Positions 13,001 through 26,645 of a DNA stretch of 64,000 nt are shown here, piece by piece. Under the pieces are notes generated by a model. The model searched no databases. It saw only the letters and a program-made list of their open reading frames with translations, and was not told the DNA's origin. The stretch lies in the NCBI GenBank assembly GCA_964247055.1, contig OZ176050.1, forward strand, positions 11,160,001 through 11,224,000, read 5' to 3'. This DNA comes from Paragordius varius (taxonomy: Eukaryota > Animalia > Nematomorpha). Every line of letters begins with the position of its first letter. Position 1 is the first letter of the stretch. Both the position numbers and the translations under genes were made by a program.

Positions 13001-16000
13001 GAAATTATATTCAATAAATAATCGCCTATCCAACACCGGATATAAATATCTTATAAGTTTATTTTCATTTTTTTTAATCTTAACAGAGAAAATGAACCAA
13101 AACCTTAGTTGGTTTCCACATTTTTATGACCATACGGCCGCTCATGCAATCACAAACGTAACAATCTTCAATGAATTTATGAGGTTCAACAAAAATTTTG
13201 CCAAAGTATTTAATTTAATGCTTGCATTTGAATTGATTAATATTGAAATAATAGATTTTATGTTATATTAATTTTGTATTTCATCACAATTATTTATAAA
13301 TAGTATTCGCTAAAGAGTTATCACGTGGTCCACACCTAAATAATAATTTTAGGAATTATATTTTGTTGGGATATGATTAATAAAGATGATAATATTACAT
13401 AAGCTAATGTACATTCCGAATTTTGGGCAAATGTTAAATACTTTTTTGAAAAAAGTTGACCTTATTTAATATAACTTAAAAAAAATTCAATGTTTGTAGC
13501 TTAAATTGTTATAATAATCCAGGGCTTCTTAAACTTTTGTAATTCTCGACCCCATCTATAAGCGAGTTTCTTAACGACCCCAATAATTGGAAAAACTCTT
13601 AGAAATTTTGTTGATAATATTTATCAAGATTATTTCGGTTTTTTAAGAGATTGACAAAAATAAATCTACATTTTTTATAAATTTCTAATAACATCTTCTG
13701 ATTCATAGTAAATTTATACAAGATATTATAATGATCGGTGGTCCTTTTTTAAAGTAAAGAATGATATTATACAATTTTACAGAAATGTTTGAAAATTAGC
13801 TCCAAAACCCCGCCATTTTTGTATGGAGTCTCAGTTTTAAACCATTAGACCCCTACCCACAGACCTATATGGAAAAAGCCATGAGTTAAATTCTTTGCCT
13901 TTATAGGGCAAATATTTAAAATCATCTTTGATACCATCGTCTCGCGCTTTTTCGAAAAAATACCTCAACACTGATTATTGTTAGATGATGGCGTATTTTT
14001 AGGACATAAAGGCCCCAAATCAACGGCTAATAAAATAACGCCTAATTTTTTTACCTAGTTGCGGATAAAATTTCAAGTTTTCAATGAGCTCAGATGGCTT
14101 CATAATATTCTATAAATTTGCTCCAAAACAAAGCATTTTCTATATAGTGGCGCAGTTTTTGGCGCGTAACTCCTAACCCAGGGCAGGTATAAAAAGCGCT
14201 GTCTAAAATTTTTGCCCTCATATGGGGATTATCTGGAACATAGAATCAATTATTCCTATTAGCCTCATAAATCTTTTGAAATTTGGCTCCAAAGGCATGC
14301 TGTATCGAGCGCAGTTTTACGCGGATAGCCACTAGAAGCGAAACAAAATACGCTCGATTAAATTTTTTGCCTTAATTCGGGTATTACCTGGAATCATGAT
14401 TGATTCCATACGCTCTCGTGGTTCCCCAAAACCAAAAAGTGGTGGCACATTTTTCAGGGCAAGGGCCTAATTAAGGGGTAATTTAAAACCGCTCTACTCA
14501 AATTTTTGCCTTTTTAGGGTAATATTTCAAGCCCTTATTAAACTCATATGGCTTCATATTCTAAAATTTGATTCCAAAGTCACGCTGTATCGATATGGTG
14601 GCGCAGCTGTTGGCGGGTAGCCCCCTACCCAGAGGCCAATATAAAGAAGACGTTCGTAAAAAATTTTGCCATAGGGAAATACCTGGAATCATCATTCATT
14701 CCTTATGTTATTAATAGTTTTTGGAAGAATGGCTTCAAAAATAAATAATAGTTCAATGATAGCGCATTTTTTAGGGCGTCAAGGGCCTAATTAACGGCTA
14801 ATTTTAATAAACCGCTCGACTTTTTTTGCCTTTTACGGGTAATATTTCAGGCCCATATTAAACTTATGTGGCCTGATAAGTTTTCTGAAAATAAAAACTC
14901 CTAAATAACGCAACTTCGATATAGTGCCGCAGTTTTAGGCGGGTAGCTCCCTACCCAGAGGCTGATACAAAAAAGCGCTTGATTAAAATTTTTGTCTTTT
15001 TACGGAGAATACCTGGAATCACGATTGATTCCATATGCTCTCATTAGTTTTTGGAAAAATTGCCTTAAAACTAAAAAATCATTCTATACTGGCGTATTTT
15101 TCAGGGCGTGAATAAAAATCGCGACCTAAATTTTGCGTTGTTATGGGTAATATTTTAAGCACGGATTGAACTCATGTTGCCTGATAGGTTTTTGAAATTT
15201 AGCCCCAGAGGCACGCTATTTTCATATGACGGGGCAGTTTTTAGCGGGTATCTCCTTACCCAGCCAAAATGCTCGACTAAAATATTTGCCTTTTAACAGA
15301 CAATACCTGGAATCCTTATTGAATTTTTAGGGTCTCATACCTTGGGCGAAAAATAGATTCAAAAAATTATTTTTGTGGACGATTTTTTTCAAAAAAATGG
15401 CATTTTACGGGGGGATCGGGTATAAAGAGGGCCGACATTAAAAAGCGAGCGACTATGTTCGGCGCAATTGAAAATAAGTAAAAAATATATATTTGAAACG
15501 AATGGTCTGACACGTTTTCAGGATGTCTCGTTTTTTACACGGGGTAGGCCCGAACTGGGGGTCTATTTCAAAAAAAGGGCGAAGCTATTGTCGGGGCATT
15601 CATTAATGAATATATTTTTTTGACATTTGGATTTGAATGGGTCTACCGGTTTTCCGGAAACAGATTACAAAGCCGCATTTTCTATTTTAATAAATATATA
15701 GAATTTACAAGTTAAAAAACATTTTTTGTTAAATTTTAATATCACTCGCGACCCCATAATTTTGCTACGCCATCCCAAATGGGGTCGCTACCCATATTTA
15801 AGAAGCCCTGGTCTAATCTAATCGCTATCGGTTAACATGTCTTTGCAATAAGATATATTCCCAACTTTTGATTTTTTAGTTTTAGACACTGTTATTGATA
15901 TTATGACGTTAAGAGCATATTCGCTTTTACATATATATTAAGTGCATGCACAAAAGTTTAAAATAATATTGTCGCGAATTCTAATGCAATCTAAAACCAA

Positions 16001-19000
16001 AATAATGTTACCAACACAATAAACAATTTTTATACTACAACATTGTTTTTTGTATAAATTTATTATGTGTAGTTAAAAAGATTAAACATGGTTACGGGTT
16101 ATGCTGTCCCTCCCAAACACTCGGGAGTTTATCCAGTCAATCCCTTACTCTACAAAGCATGGAAAAATATTTCAGGCATAAATACTACAAGCACATTACT
16201 TTATCCTGCCATATATCCAAAATGGAAACGAAGAGCTTTTGTTCATGACGGAATAACGGTAGTAATTTTAAGAGTAAATAGTTTATAAAAAAGATTAAAT
16301 CTTTGTTTGTAATAACATAATTTATTTAAGAATCCATGGTTAAAATGCAGTATGTAACATCGTCGTATTCGAATAAATAAATTCCCATTCAGGGATATTT
16401 ATTTTGAATATATATATATATATATATATAATGTAATATAAAATTATTCGGACTTCGTATGAAATTTGAGACAAATATTTTTTTCAAAAGACCGCTGCAC
16501 TTTTTTAAACTGGACTTTTTAATATAACTCATTGTTTAAAATTCAAAATAGAGATTTGGTAATACTATGTAACAATTGTAATAAATGATTAAAAAAATTA
16601 AGGTTTAAAAATATGGTTGTCTTTTGAAAAAAATATTTGTCTTTATGTTTTTACGTTTTTTCTGTATAATTTTAATTTGTATTTCAGGTATTACCGAGGG
16701 AAGATATTTCACTTTACACAAAAACGCAATCCTATGTTGATATGGAAACTGAGGATTATATATTCAAAAATATTCTTTTGAATAATGTAATGTATTTTTG
16801 GCATATAATAACCAAATTGATTCTCAATCAAAAAATGCTAATTATTTTCGTTTCATTTATTATGTAGATTAACATTATTATGACACATATGCCCAACTAT
16901 TGCGAGAATCAATTAGCCCCAAATTTATTAATTAAATCATTGCGTTTTATCAATTCAATTTCAAATATTAAATTGGGTTACAAAAATCCGACGGAAATGG
17001 CAAAGATCTATTTTGATGCTTTCCCAGAGGATATACAGCCAATATGGAATGTATAAAAGCTTAATAAATTAAAGATAAATTTCAAACCTAAGCAATTTTT
17101 TTGGTATTCATAAAATTATGTTTTTAAGTATTTCATAGCTATCTAAAGTTAAATTTTCTAAGATATTCTCAAAATTACCTGAAAAAATGTAATGTGTTAA
17201 GCTCTATAATTTAATGATACTCTGTATCAATTTTCCAAATTCATACATAATATAACCATTATAATAAAATTATTATACATGTTTTGGGAGAACTTACTAT
17301 ATAAAAATTCTAGATAATGAATTACCAAAAATTTTTTTTGATTTAGAATCCTTGTATATCTCCCGAATTTTTTTGGCATAGACGACAAGACTGTAACAAA
17401 TTTCCAAATATATTAATTGTTGGACCACAAAAAACAGGTGTAATAAAAAGATGGAAACATTTCCAATAAAGAAATTTAGATTAATTGACGAAATTGTGTA
17501 CAAAAACATATAAAACATATAAATTGTAAATAAAATATTTTTTTGAAATCTTAAGCCATTTGACGAGGCCAGGTAAAAATTAAAACTTTATATAATTATT
17601 CTGGTGGTGATTAAAACTTTTTTTTTTCATTTCAAAATATACCTGTTTTATTTTCTATAACCGATATCGGTTAAATTTTATCCAACATTAAAACCTAATT
17701 TTAAATAAAAATTACCATATTACTACATAGTTTTGAATAATTTATAGTTTTTTTTCTAAAATTTATTAATATGAACATCATTGACACTGCCATAAATTGT
17801 CAAAAATTTATGCTATAACACAAAACTAAAAATAATTTTTTATAGGAACGACAGCACTTCTCGAATTTTTAAAACTGATACCAGGCGTGACCACAAATCA
17901 TTTAACAGAAAATTATGAAGAAACGCAATTCTTTTCCTCTGACAATTATAGCAACGGGATTGATTGGTAAAATATTGTTTATATATTAAAAAATATCAAT
18001 TTTATGATTACTAAAAGATGAAAATAAAAATGCACATTTTAGGTATTTGGATCTTTTTAACGAGACAAACAATATGGCCAACCAAACACATATATTTTTG
18101 GAAAAATCTGCAAATTACTTCGATAATCTTCTTACACCTAAAAGAGCTCATAGTTTACTTCCAAACGCGAAAATTATTGTTTTAATTGAAAACCCAATAG
18201 ATCGAGCTTACTCCTGGTATCAGGTATTTGGTTGTCGCTTTAAATAATGTATTAAATACTATAGAACTTTAAAAAACTCTTAATTATTAAGGAACAGTCC
18301 TAATTATAAGATTGACTCTAAACTTATTATTTATGGAAATGGGTTTAAAGATATTTGGTTTAATGTTTTAACTTTATAAATTATAATAAATTGCTTCTTC
18401 TGAAATGATTATTCAAAAGGAGATAGAAATGTATATATTTTTTGTAAAAAATCTCGGATAATAGTTTTTAGCACCAAGCAAAATTGCAATTTAAAAAATT
18501 AAATATTTTTATGAATAAGACATTTTGGAAAAACCATTTTGGTAGTAGAGTTGAATTATTTAAACAAGGAAGCACTTTGAAATAAAGGATAGCGACAATA
18601 AAAGTCGTTTTGAAACGGGCGAAATCCGGCTCCGATTCCCTTAGTTAATCTTTAAAATATATCATTTGTACAACCGAAATGATACTTTGGATATAAAACT
18701 GGTTCTTAAGGTTATAAATCCATTCGTTTTTTCTTTTTACAAAGCACCTATTAGCCAAAAGGGACCCAATTACAATGAATACGACCCTAATAGATATACT
18801 TAATCTTCAAACAAATGATTCTGATACAAAAAATAAATACAATCGATTACGCCATAGATTGCTGGATCCTGGGAAATATATAATACATTTACTTAATTGG
18901 CTAAATTATTATAAAGAAGATCAAGTATTTTAAAAGCATTTTTATCTGTACATGATAGATATATCTTGTAGATAGCAAATTATTGAAAACAAATGCACCA

Positions 19001-19451
19001 TATGAAATGAATCTTTTAAAAATGGCATTGAGCATACAAAAGCCCGAATTCGATTATTTTAAATATTTATAGTAAGTGTTGTTATCACATTTTTAATGTA
19101 ACCATGTTAAAAATCCAATGATTATATATTCGATTTTTAATTCTAACCTTAATAAAATAGCTTCGACAATAAAAAAAGGTATTATTGTGTCCGCAACACA
19201 AACAATAAGTCACATTGCCTAGGTATAGGAAAAGGCAGAATCTACAAGGATATGGATTACAGAACTTCCACCTTTTTAATAGATTATTTCAGGTAACACA
19301 TATATGTTTATCATAAATTTTATATTATTTCCATAACATCAATCGTTTTTTACTTTATAGACCGTACAACAGTGAACTGTATCATATGCTAAACAATATA
19401 AATTTTGGAAAAAATGTCAAACCAAAATGGCTTTATAACAACAAACTTTGA
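10062..19451 (+). CDS. NDST: Bifunctional heparan sulfate N-deacetylase/N-sulfotransferase (sulfateless/NDST family)
   Basis: N-terminal type II TM segment in ORF 10044-10865. Deacetylase motifs VAVDIDDVFVG, LGYSGK, WFPHFYDH, PPKHSGVYP, MTHMPNY. Sulfotransferase motifs GPQKTGTTAL, EKSANYFD, NPIDRAYSWYQH, CLGIGKGR. Mapped exons: ...-12565, 12930-13056, 13087-13205, 16073-16258, 16688-16786, 16868-17050, 17347-17437, 17846-17966, 18043-18223, 18745-18924, 18959-19071, 19161-19292, 19361-19451. Splicing between 10859 and ~12070 is not resolved with certainty. Confidence 0.94.
13520..15810. mobile_element. Non-autonomous hAT-ended element with internal satellite cargo, in NDST intron
   Basis: TIRs CAGGGCTTCTTAAA...TTTAAGAAGCCCTG and subterminal CGACCCC/GGGGTCGC motifs typical of hAT MITE ends. 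TSD imperfect (TAATAATC vs GTCTAATC). No transposase ORF. Confidence 0.75.
13985..15370. repeat. Diverged tandem array of ~9 units of ~135-165 bp, two alternating unit types
   Basis: Recurrent unit starts GGCGCAGTTTT / GGCGTATTTTT at about 13990, 14150, 14307, 14443, 14598, 14760, 14922, 15090, 15230. Type B carries CCCTACCCAG...ATACCTGGAATC; type A carries AGGGC...GGGTAATATTT. Locally higher GC. Confidence 0.8.
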
Positions 19452-19602
19452 CAAAAACATACCTAACCTTAAATCATACGGCAATATTTTTATACATGTA
19501 ATTTTTTTACTGTCAAACTCACATAACTTAAACATTTATTCTAACTGTAAATATTGATGCAAAACTACTTCTCACATATATAAATCAAGTGATTATAGCT
19601 AT

Positions 19603-22600
19603 TTATTTCAAATCAACATCTCCATGTGCATAATTACATTGTATAGCATATAATGGGCATCCCTGAGGATGATTAATATAATACCAACAAATTTTTGTTT
19701 TAATAGCCTTGGGTTTTTCAGTTTTTTTCGTTTTGGCAGATTGCAATGGTGGTGGTGGTAAAGGAGATTTATGCAACAAACAAACGTTAGATCCAATAAC
19801 TATTGAAAAAAAAATTATTAAAAAGTAAAAAAAATCTATAAATTATATTCCCAAATCAAAAAAACTGTATTATAATTAAAGCGATAAAAATAATTTATTT
19901 CCATTTTCATGGTGTTAATATGGTTTATTTTTATCACCTGAAAAAATGTGTCCGTGATTCTTTAAAAGAGTTTTCATACCACCATGTTGTAGTTTAAGAG
20001 ATTGTTTTTCTTCCTCGGATAATGCTCGATAAAGTTGTTCAATTCGGACAATTCCTGAAACAATTAAGGTAAGTAACTGCAAAGAATAATTAAAGCTTAA
20101 ATAATTTTATTTTAACTCTCCGATTATTTAAAGGCGTTTTAACCTCCAGAATGCCAAAAACATTGGCCTTTAATCTTTTTTGATACATCGTTAGTTTCTA
20201 TTAATTCTGTGTGAGCGAGATATCCAGCGTGTAGATCTGTTTGCATGATAATGTCAAATACCTTTTGAACCATAGATTCAATAAGTGTCCTATTTATTTG
20301 GGTACAATTTCTGACAGGCTCTACACGTTCCCTAGCAGTGAATGTTGATTGATCGATAATTTGTCGTAATTTAGTATCAATAGAAGCATCTTTTACATTA
20401 TTGGGGTAACCGATAATACCGATCTAATGTTGAACAATTGATTTTGTTTAAATTTAAATGTTTATATAGGTGGTTAAAATGATATCTTGAATGTAAAAGT
20501 AGATAGTCAAAATTGTTTAAAATCATAGTTTAGAGCTGGTTCAAATAAATATATTTTCCAACAAGTGTCAAAATGTAATAATTTGATATAATAGGTGAAA
20601 AGATGTTGTATGTAATAGAAACAATGAGTGAAGTAATCAAATTATGATTAAACACTAAAATAACGTTTTTTAACTAAAAAGCACTCACTTTTTCTGATTA
20701 AAGACAATAGTTTTTGTCTATAATCCTTATCGGCGGTTTAGATTTACAAAAAAATTTTATTATATAATAGAGCCGTATACATAAAATTTAATCCCAACTT
20801 TCAAAATCACAGTGATAATGGATTATTTTTTACGATAGATCTATTGCCTAATGTGCCAACTTCACCCAGGATCAATAACATTTATGTTAAAAATGAGCAA
20901 AACCCAAAAATAGCGTATATTTTACCTTTTTCGTAGACGGTATGCGTAACTTATCAAGTTTAACATCAAATCCTAGCGATATGGAAAATTCCTTAATATG
21001 CATTGTGTAATCCTCATAATGACTAAGGTACATTCGCTTTCTTTGATATTTCCCAAACAAATCAAAGGCACAACATGGAATAATAAACATGTTACATGGC
21101 TTATGTTTGCTAGAAAATAAAAAGAAAAAGTTATATTTTTAAGCTTTAATGCCTTTTAAAAATTACATTTTATATAAAAAATAAATAAAAGATTTTGTTA
21201 ATCCTTATTTATTTAATTTAATAAATCCCTATTTAGCCCATAGTTCATTAATTAAATAAAATAAAAAACAATATCTATATTGTTAATATTTTTTTAATTT
21301 TATGTAATGATTATCAAATAATTTCGAGCTCTTGTCCTAGCATTTTCCTACATTATTTCTTGTTAATAAGCAAAAATAAAAAATGTTAATAATTATTTGA
21401 ATTTTCAATTAGGTTTCATGAAACCATTTATGAAATATTATAAATAATGAATGATAAGCTCTAATTAACATTCGATATAAAATTATTGCTGAACCATACA
21501 TTTTAAAATTAAAAAGCAATTAATGTTTTAATTGAATCCGTGAAATTTACTCAGTCAATCGTATGAAAGAAATTTCAACTTGATTAATCAATTGATACGT
21601 TTATTAAGCGCATACTTTAAAAATCAAATATTATATTTTTGGGGAAAATTCTTCAGAATCTCGTTTCTCGTTTATATAAATACAAAATGAACATTAGTAA
21701 ATAGTATTAAAATTATCGCATCTTAACAAAAAATTATTACTATAAATTGTAAATTATGATAAATAACTTAAATTCTTTGAACACAAATAAATGTTGTTGA
21801 TATATATATGACGAAACTGTTAATGTAACGCCGCTTCCTCCCACCTTTAAAAAAACTTAAATATATTGCAAAAAATCTTATAAAAAACTATTTTATTCAA
21901 CAAAAACCTTTACCCCTGTAAAACTACATCAAAGATAATTAACTTATATTATTATAATTTATTTAATATAGTTTTAATTAATGTAAATATTAATATAACA
22001 TAAAATACTTTGCAGAAGCAAAAATTGGTATCCACGGAGTTAATTCATCTGAATGATTACCGATAATCCAATCATATTGGCTAAAATCAATACTATTCGA
22101 TTTGGGATCGATTGATTGTTCCTATACATAAACATGAGCATTATTATATTATAAATCAAATTTATATTATGATTTAATTTATATTGTCAAATAAAGTGCA
22201 AACATTATAATATATAATGGGGTATTTAAACACAGAGTGCAAGATTTGCAATTCATGTATTATTGTAGTTCAAAAAGAAAAATTTAAGCAATGGTGTAGG
22301 TTAGGGGGAAATAGGGTCGGAGAAATAACATTTGTTGTAGTAAAAAAAGAGTGCAAGCATAAATAAATTTATGTATAAATTTCTTTTACTATTTTTAACT
22401 TTACAAGTATGTTAAAATTTGTTTGGGGATTTAAATAAATAGAGTACGTTGATGAAACATGTAAAACGCATTAAAATATGGACGCTTGATTTACGAATAA
22501 AAATTAAAAAACACCAACAGAACGATTGTGCGATGTGTGGGAAACCAAATCTTTTTGAACACTTATAATGCTGAAATATAATTTTGCGAACAAATTTTTT

Positions 22601-25600
22601 AAAAACAACATCATATAACACCTTTCTGGTAAAAAAATAATTTAGAGGTTTAATATTTCTTTTATCGATCAATCGTTAGATTCCACATTATTGTCCCAGG
22701 ATGTAGTGAATCTTGGTTTTTTTCACAATAAATTTTAACTCGAGGAAAAAAGCATTCAGAATGATAGGGTTGTGGAGAATAAGGTGGTGATTATATAAGC
22801 TTGTTTCATAAATTCTCCAAAATAGAACATCTATGAATGGGTGCGTTGTAACAAATGACAATAGCCTGAGGTATAATAGATAGATAATCCTCTAAAAGCG
22901 GTTTAAAACTTTCGCCATTGAAAGCTCCATCTTTGATGTTAGAATTAACAACACCGTGAAGCCAATTATACCCAATAAAGAAACTTTCCCATAAAATAGG
23001 GCAAATTTATTGAATTAATTTTCCAAAATTGTGGGAATGTTGGAACTGGTGTGGAAATCGAAATAGTAAAATAAGGTTAATAAATTGAAGAAAGAAAAAA
23101 CACATTTTGTTATATTTAGTGTATAGTTTTTCGCAAGATGTAATAAACTGAGAAACTAAATTTATTAGTAAACCCCCACACATAAACCATTTGTCATTTT
23201 GTCAAAGATTTTTCTATATCTTCGATAAACTTGACCAAAAATGTATGACTCTAGGTTCATCAAAAAACCGTCATTGATAAAAAGGAAGGAAAAACAAATG
23301 CAATGATATTCTTGAACAAGTTAAACAATCACTGAAAATGATGTGAATTGACTTCATGAAAAATTTCGTAAATTACCATATGCAGAAAAAACATTAAATA
23401 GGACCTCAACAGAGTATTTCTACACTTGTTTTCGAGGAAAAATTCCAATATGCATGTTTAGTCAAGAGTTTTTACCCGAATAAATATGTCCTATTTGCGT
23501 GAGTCAGGTTTTCCATCATTAGAACAGACACTAATCGTTAATTGCTTAACTCAATTATAAGAAAAAACGTCTGTTTGCCGTGTATGCTTGGCATACAGGG
23601 TGTTGAAAATTATAGCATCAAACAGGGAGCGTACAATGGCGAGACTTTTAAGCCATTTTTGGAGGAGTCTTTAGACATTATAACAAAAAATGCGTTTGTA
23701 TTTGCGACAATGCACCCATTCATAAATGTTCTATTTTGGGTAATTTAAGAAACAAGCTTATATATTTACCACCTTATTCGCCCCAACTCAATCCTATTGA
23801 ATGTTTTTTTCACGAATTAAAATTTTATTATGAAAAACCAAGATGCAGTAGATCCTGGAACCATATAGAATCAAACCAAATCTGCTTTAATAAGCTAAGG
23901 CTAGAATAAGAACAATTTTAAATATCATTCATTATAAGTTTTTAGTGATGATTACAATAGTCAAATTTTCGATAGTGATCTCAAAATGTGAGTTTATTAG
24001 TTTTTATATTAAAACTGTAATTAGTACAGGCACCTATTCCGTTTTTCTAAACAACATTTTTGAATAGGAAAACGTATAATATTTATCAACATATATTTGA
24101 TTTCCTAAAATTAACCTTATAACGTCCATTTATTTTGACCGTTAAATTATTGTTTCTTTTATAGTATGTACATAATTGAAATCATGATGTGCACCATCAA
24201 GTTAATTTTAACTAGATGTAAACATTTTACGCATTATTTGACGATATTCCAAATTTTTAGTGTTAAAAATTAAATTCTTTTTATCAGCATATCATTAAAA
24301 CAACTAATTTTATTAAGATCATATCTTTATCTTTTAGTGAATCAGCCGGTTAAACAACCTGAAAATTTTTAAAATGAAAAGCCTATTTAATATACATATA
24401 AATAACCCTTATTTGCAATGTAAAGCAAATTGCTTTTTTAAACATGATCTTCAGCGGACCAGTCCAGTGCTTTTATTTTTTTACATAACTCTAAAAAGAG
24501 TTAACTTTTACAAAATTAAAATATATATGACTGATCAAGTACAAATGACATATGTCAAATTTTTTAAGCAAATATATTTAAAAATATTTGCTGCTTATCA
24601 ACTTTTTCCCACGCGCATTAGCCGCGTAAAATCATTAATAAAAATATTTAAAAATTAAATTTTTTGAATAAATCAGTAATGTACATAAAATTTTGGTTAA
24701 ACAGCTTATAATTTTGCTGGCCTAGACACCATATATTTTATTTTATATTAAAAATTATGAGAAAATATCAAAAAAATTTAAACCAAAAGTGAAACATGAG
24801 GATTGAGTTGTTTAATGATGGGCCAAGTTGATCGTTCTCGAATATCGATACCATCTCCCGTATAACCAAGGCAGTAAAGAAAAAATGTCAAAAAACCGTT
24901 CCCACACCCAAGATCGCAAAATTTGACATTTCGTTTATCATAATCAGTGATGTCCCAAAGAGCCTTTAATTTATCATAAATAATATACAGTAAAAAACGA
25001 AATTACACATGGAAAGGTAAAATCTAAAAAATAATTTTTTTGTAAAAAGACAACTATTGAATATAAGCAGGGATGTTATCGAGTAAGCCGTCACAAAAGC
25101 TTTAATCTACGTAGGCTTGTATATATATTAAAGTTTTAAGTTCAAGGTACACATTATCACCCAGCCAAAACTTTGCAATGGCATACGTATGAGACCTTTT
25201 AAATGTCAGAATGTACGGCTCGCATTCCGATAATTTAAAATTGAAATTAGCATTTTAAAAAATGTTTGCATTAGTTTTTATGTTTTGTCTGTATATTTTC
25301 ATTTTTATTGGAATCAAAAGTATACATGCAAATAGGATGCTATTGCTATATCCTCATATACATGTTTTTGGGGATCTGTGTTCAGAGGCCAGGCATTAAT
25401 TATTTGACCGGCATATAAGGTTTTCAATTTGTCGTAAGCATGTAAATACTTTACCACATTTTCTTTGATCTGACATAAACTTTTGGCTATGGGTATATGC
25501 TGAACTTCAGAATGTTTTAAGGATATATCACAAAACTATCAAATTATCAATATACACTACTTTCTTAAAAATGGAATGAACGGATTTTTCAGTGTAATTA

Positions 25601-25946
25601 ATTAATTTTACAGTTTTCAATATAATTCTAATATGTAATAAAAATTTACTCTTTATCCACATAGGTCAATGAAAACTCCGGATTAAAAGTTTGACCATAA
25701 AAAATAAATTCACTATCATCTAAAATTTATTTTAAGTATACTTTGTTCTATAGTTTGTTTCCATACGATTTTATTCTTGCCAATTATACAAATGAGCAAA
25801 GAAGATCCGTTATTATTTATTAAATATGAATAAAAAATGTTTTCGTCGAATAAATTTGCTCGATCCCCATATAGCAATAGTGTTTCAAAAAGTTTTTGAA
25901 AAGATAAATTGTGGTTATGAAAACGTGCTTTAACAAGCCATTGCAT
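19603..25946 (-). CDS. TRMT44: tRNA (uracil-O2'-)-methyltransferase Trm44, 10 exons, ~540 aa
   Basis: Exons 25742-25946, 25650-25719, 25561-25627, 25326-25535, 24784-24963, 22009-22121, 20926-21109, 20144-20423, 19938-20054, 19603-19799 are phase-compatible (1623 nt). Motifs TDPQKHVYEDIAIASYL, FCDLGCGNG, WIIGNHSDELTPWIP, FIIPCC, LRIPSTKK, VRNCT, HGGMKTLLKN and a C-terminal CCCH finger (KTKICWYYINHPQGC...CNYAHG). Confidence 0.94.
22670..23010 (-). pseudogene. IS630/Tc1-like DDE transposase relic in TRMT44 intron
   Basis: Translates to ...KDGAFNGESFKPLLE...VICYNAPIH...SPPYSPQ..SECFF, with in-frame stops. Confidence 0.75.
23300..23950 (+). pseudogene. IS630/Tc1-like DDE transposase relic in TRMT44 intron
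   Basis: YLRESGF (degenerate xDESGF), KQGAYNGETFKPFLE, CDNAPIH and LIYLPPYSPQLNPIECFF, with frameshifts. No clear TIRs found. Confidence 0.82.
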
Positions 25947-26078
25947 AAAGGTGCTAAAACATGGCTTGATAAAAACCCGATATTAATACGCAAAACAATA
26001 TTTATATTTATTTTAACAGTTCATGATCTTTTAGAGTAGTTTTAATTCCCATTATGTAGCAATAAGTACTGAACTTAA

Positions 26079-26645
26079 CTCTTGGATACAAAACACTCAT
26101 TTCGGTCCTTCGATTCAAATTGGAATAGTTGGATACCACAGGCCTGTTTGAAATTAAATTCTTTAAAAAATATGGAAGGAATCGAAACCATGGCAAAATT
26201 TTGATATAACATTAATAAACCAAAATATTAAAATTTTATTCAAAAATACTTGATATTACTTATTTGAAGCTAAAACCGAAAGATAAAAATTTAGTCAACT
26301 TAACATGTGCAATGGCAAAATTAAAAAATAATACAAAATAAACCGCTTTTTCTATTTCTATCAATGTTAGATGTAATTTAGATAAAAAATTCGCTTAAAT
26401 TTACCCTTAAACTTAAATAAAGACGATATTTTGCAAAAATTTTGTAAAATAAAAATGGCGTCGAAGTAGTTTGACATGGAACTTTTTTTAAAACATAATT
26501 TTATTTAGATATTTTGGGATATTTATATAATTTTTATTGGGATAGAAGCATTAATTCATATTGGGACCGTTTCCTTCAGTAGTATTAAAAATCCCAACTT
26601 AAATTTAGTCTGGGATATTTAGATGCCCCAATTCGAATCGAAGTG
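26079..26645 (+). mobile_element. TTAA-flanked (piggyBac-like) MITE, family P copy 2
   Basis: TTAA|CTCTTGGATAC...GAATCGAAGTG|TTAA; aligns along its length with 33070-33648 and 61841-62363. Confidence 0.88.

Noticed and set aside
13985-15370. Repeat array as a degenerate repeat-protein gene or RNA gene cluster
   Set aside because: Stops and indels differ between units, no frame is conserved, and I saw no tRNA, 5S or snRNA hallmarks.
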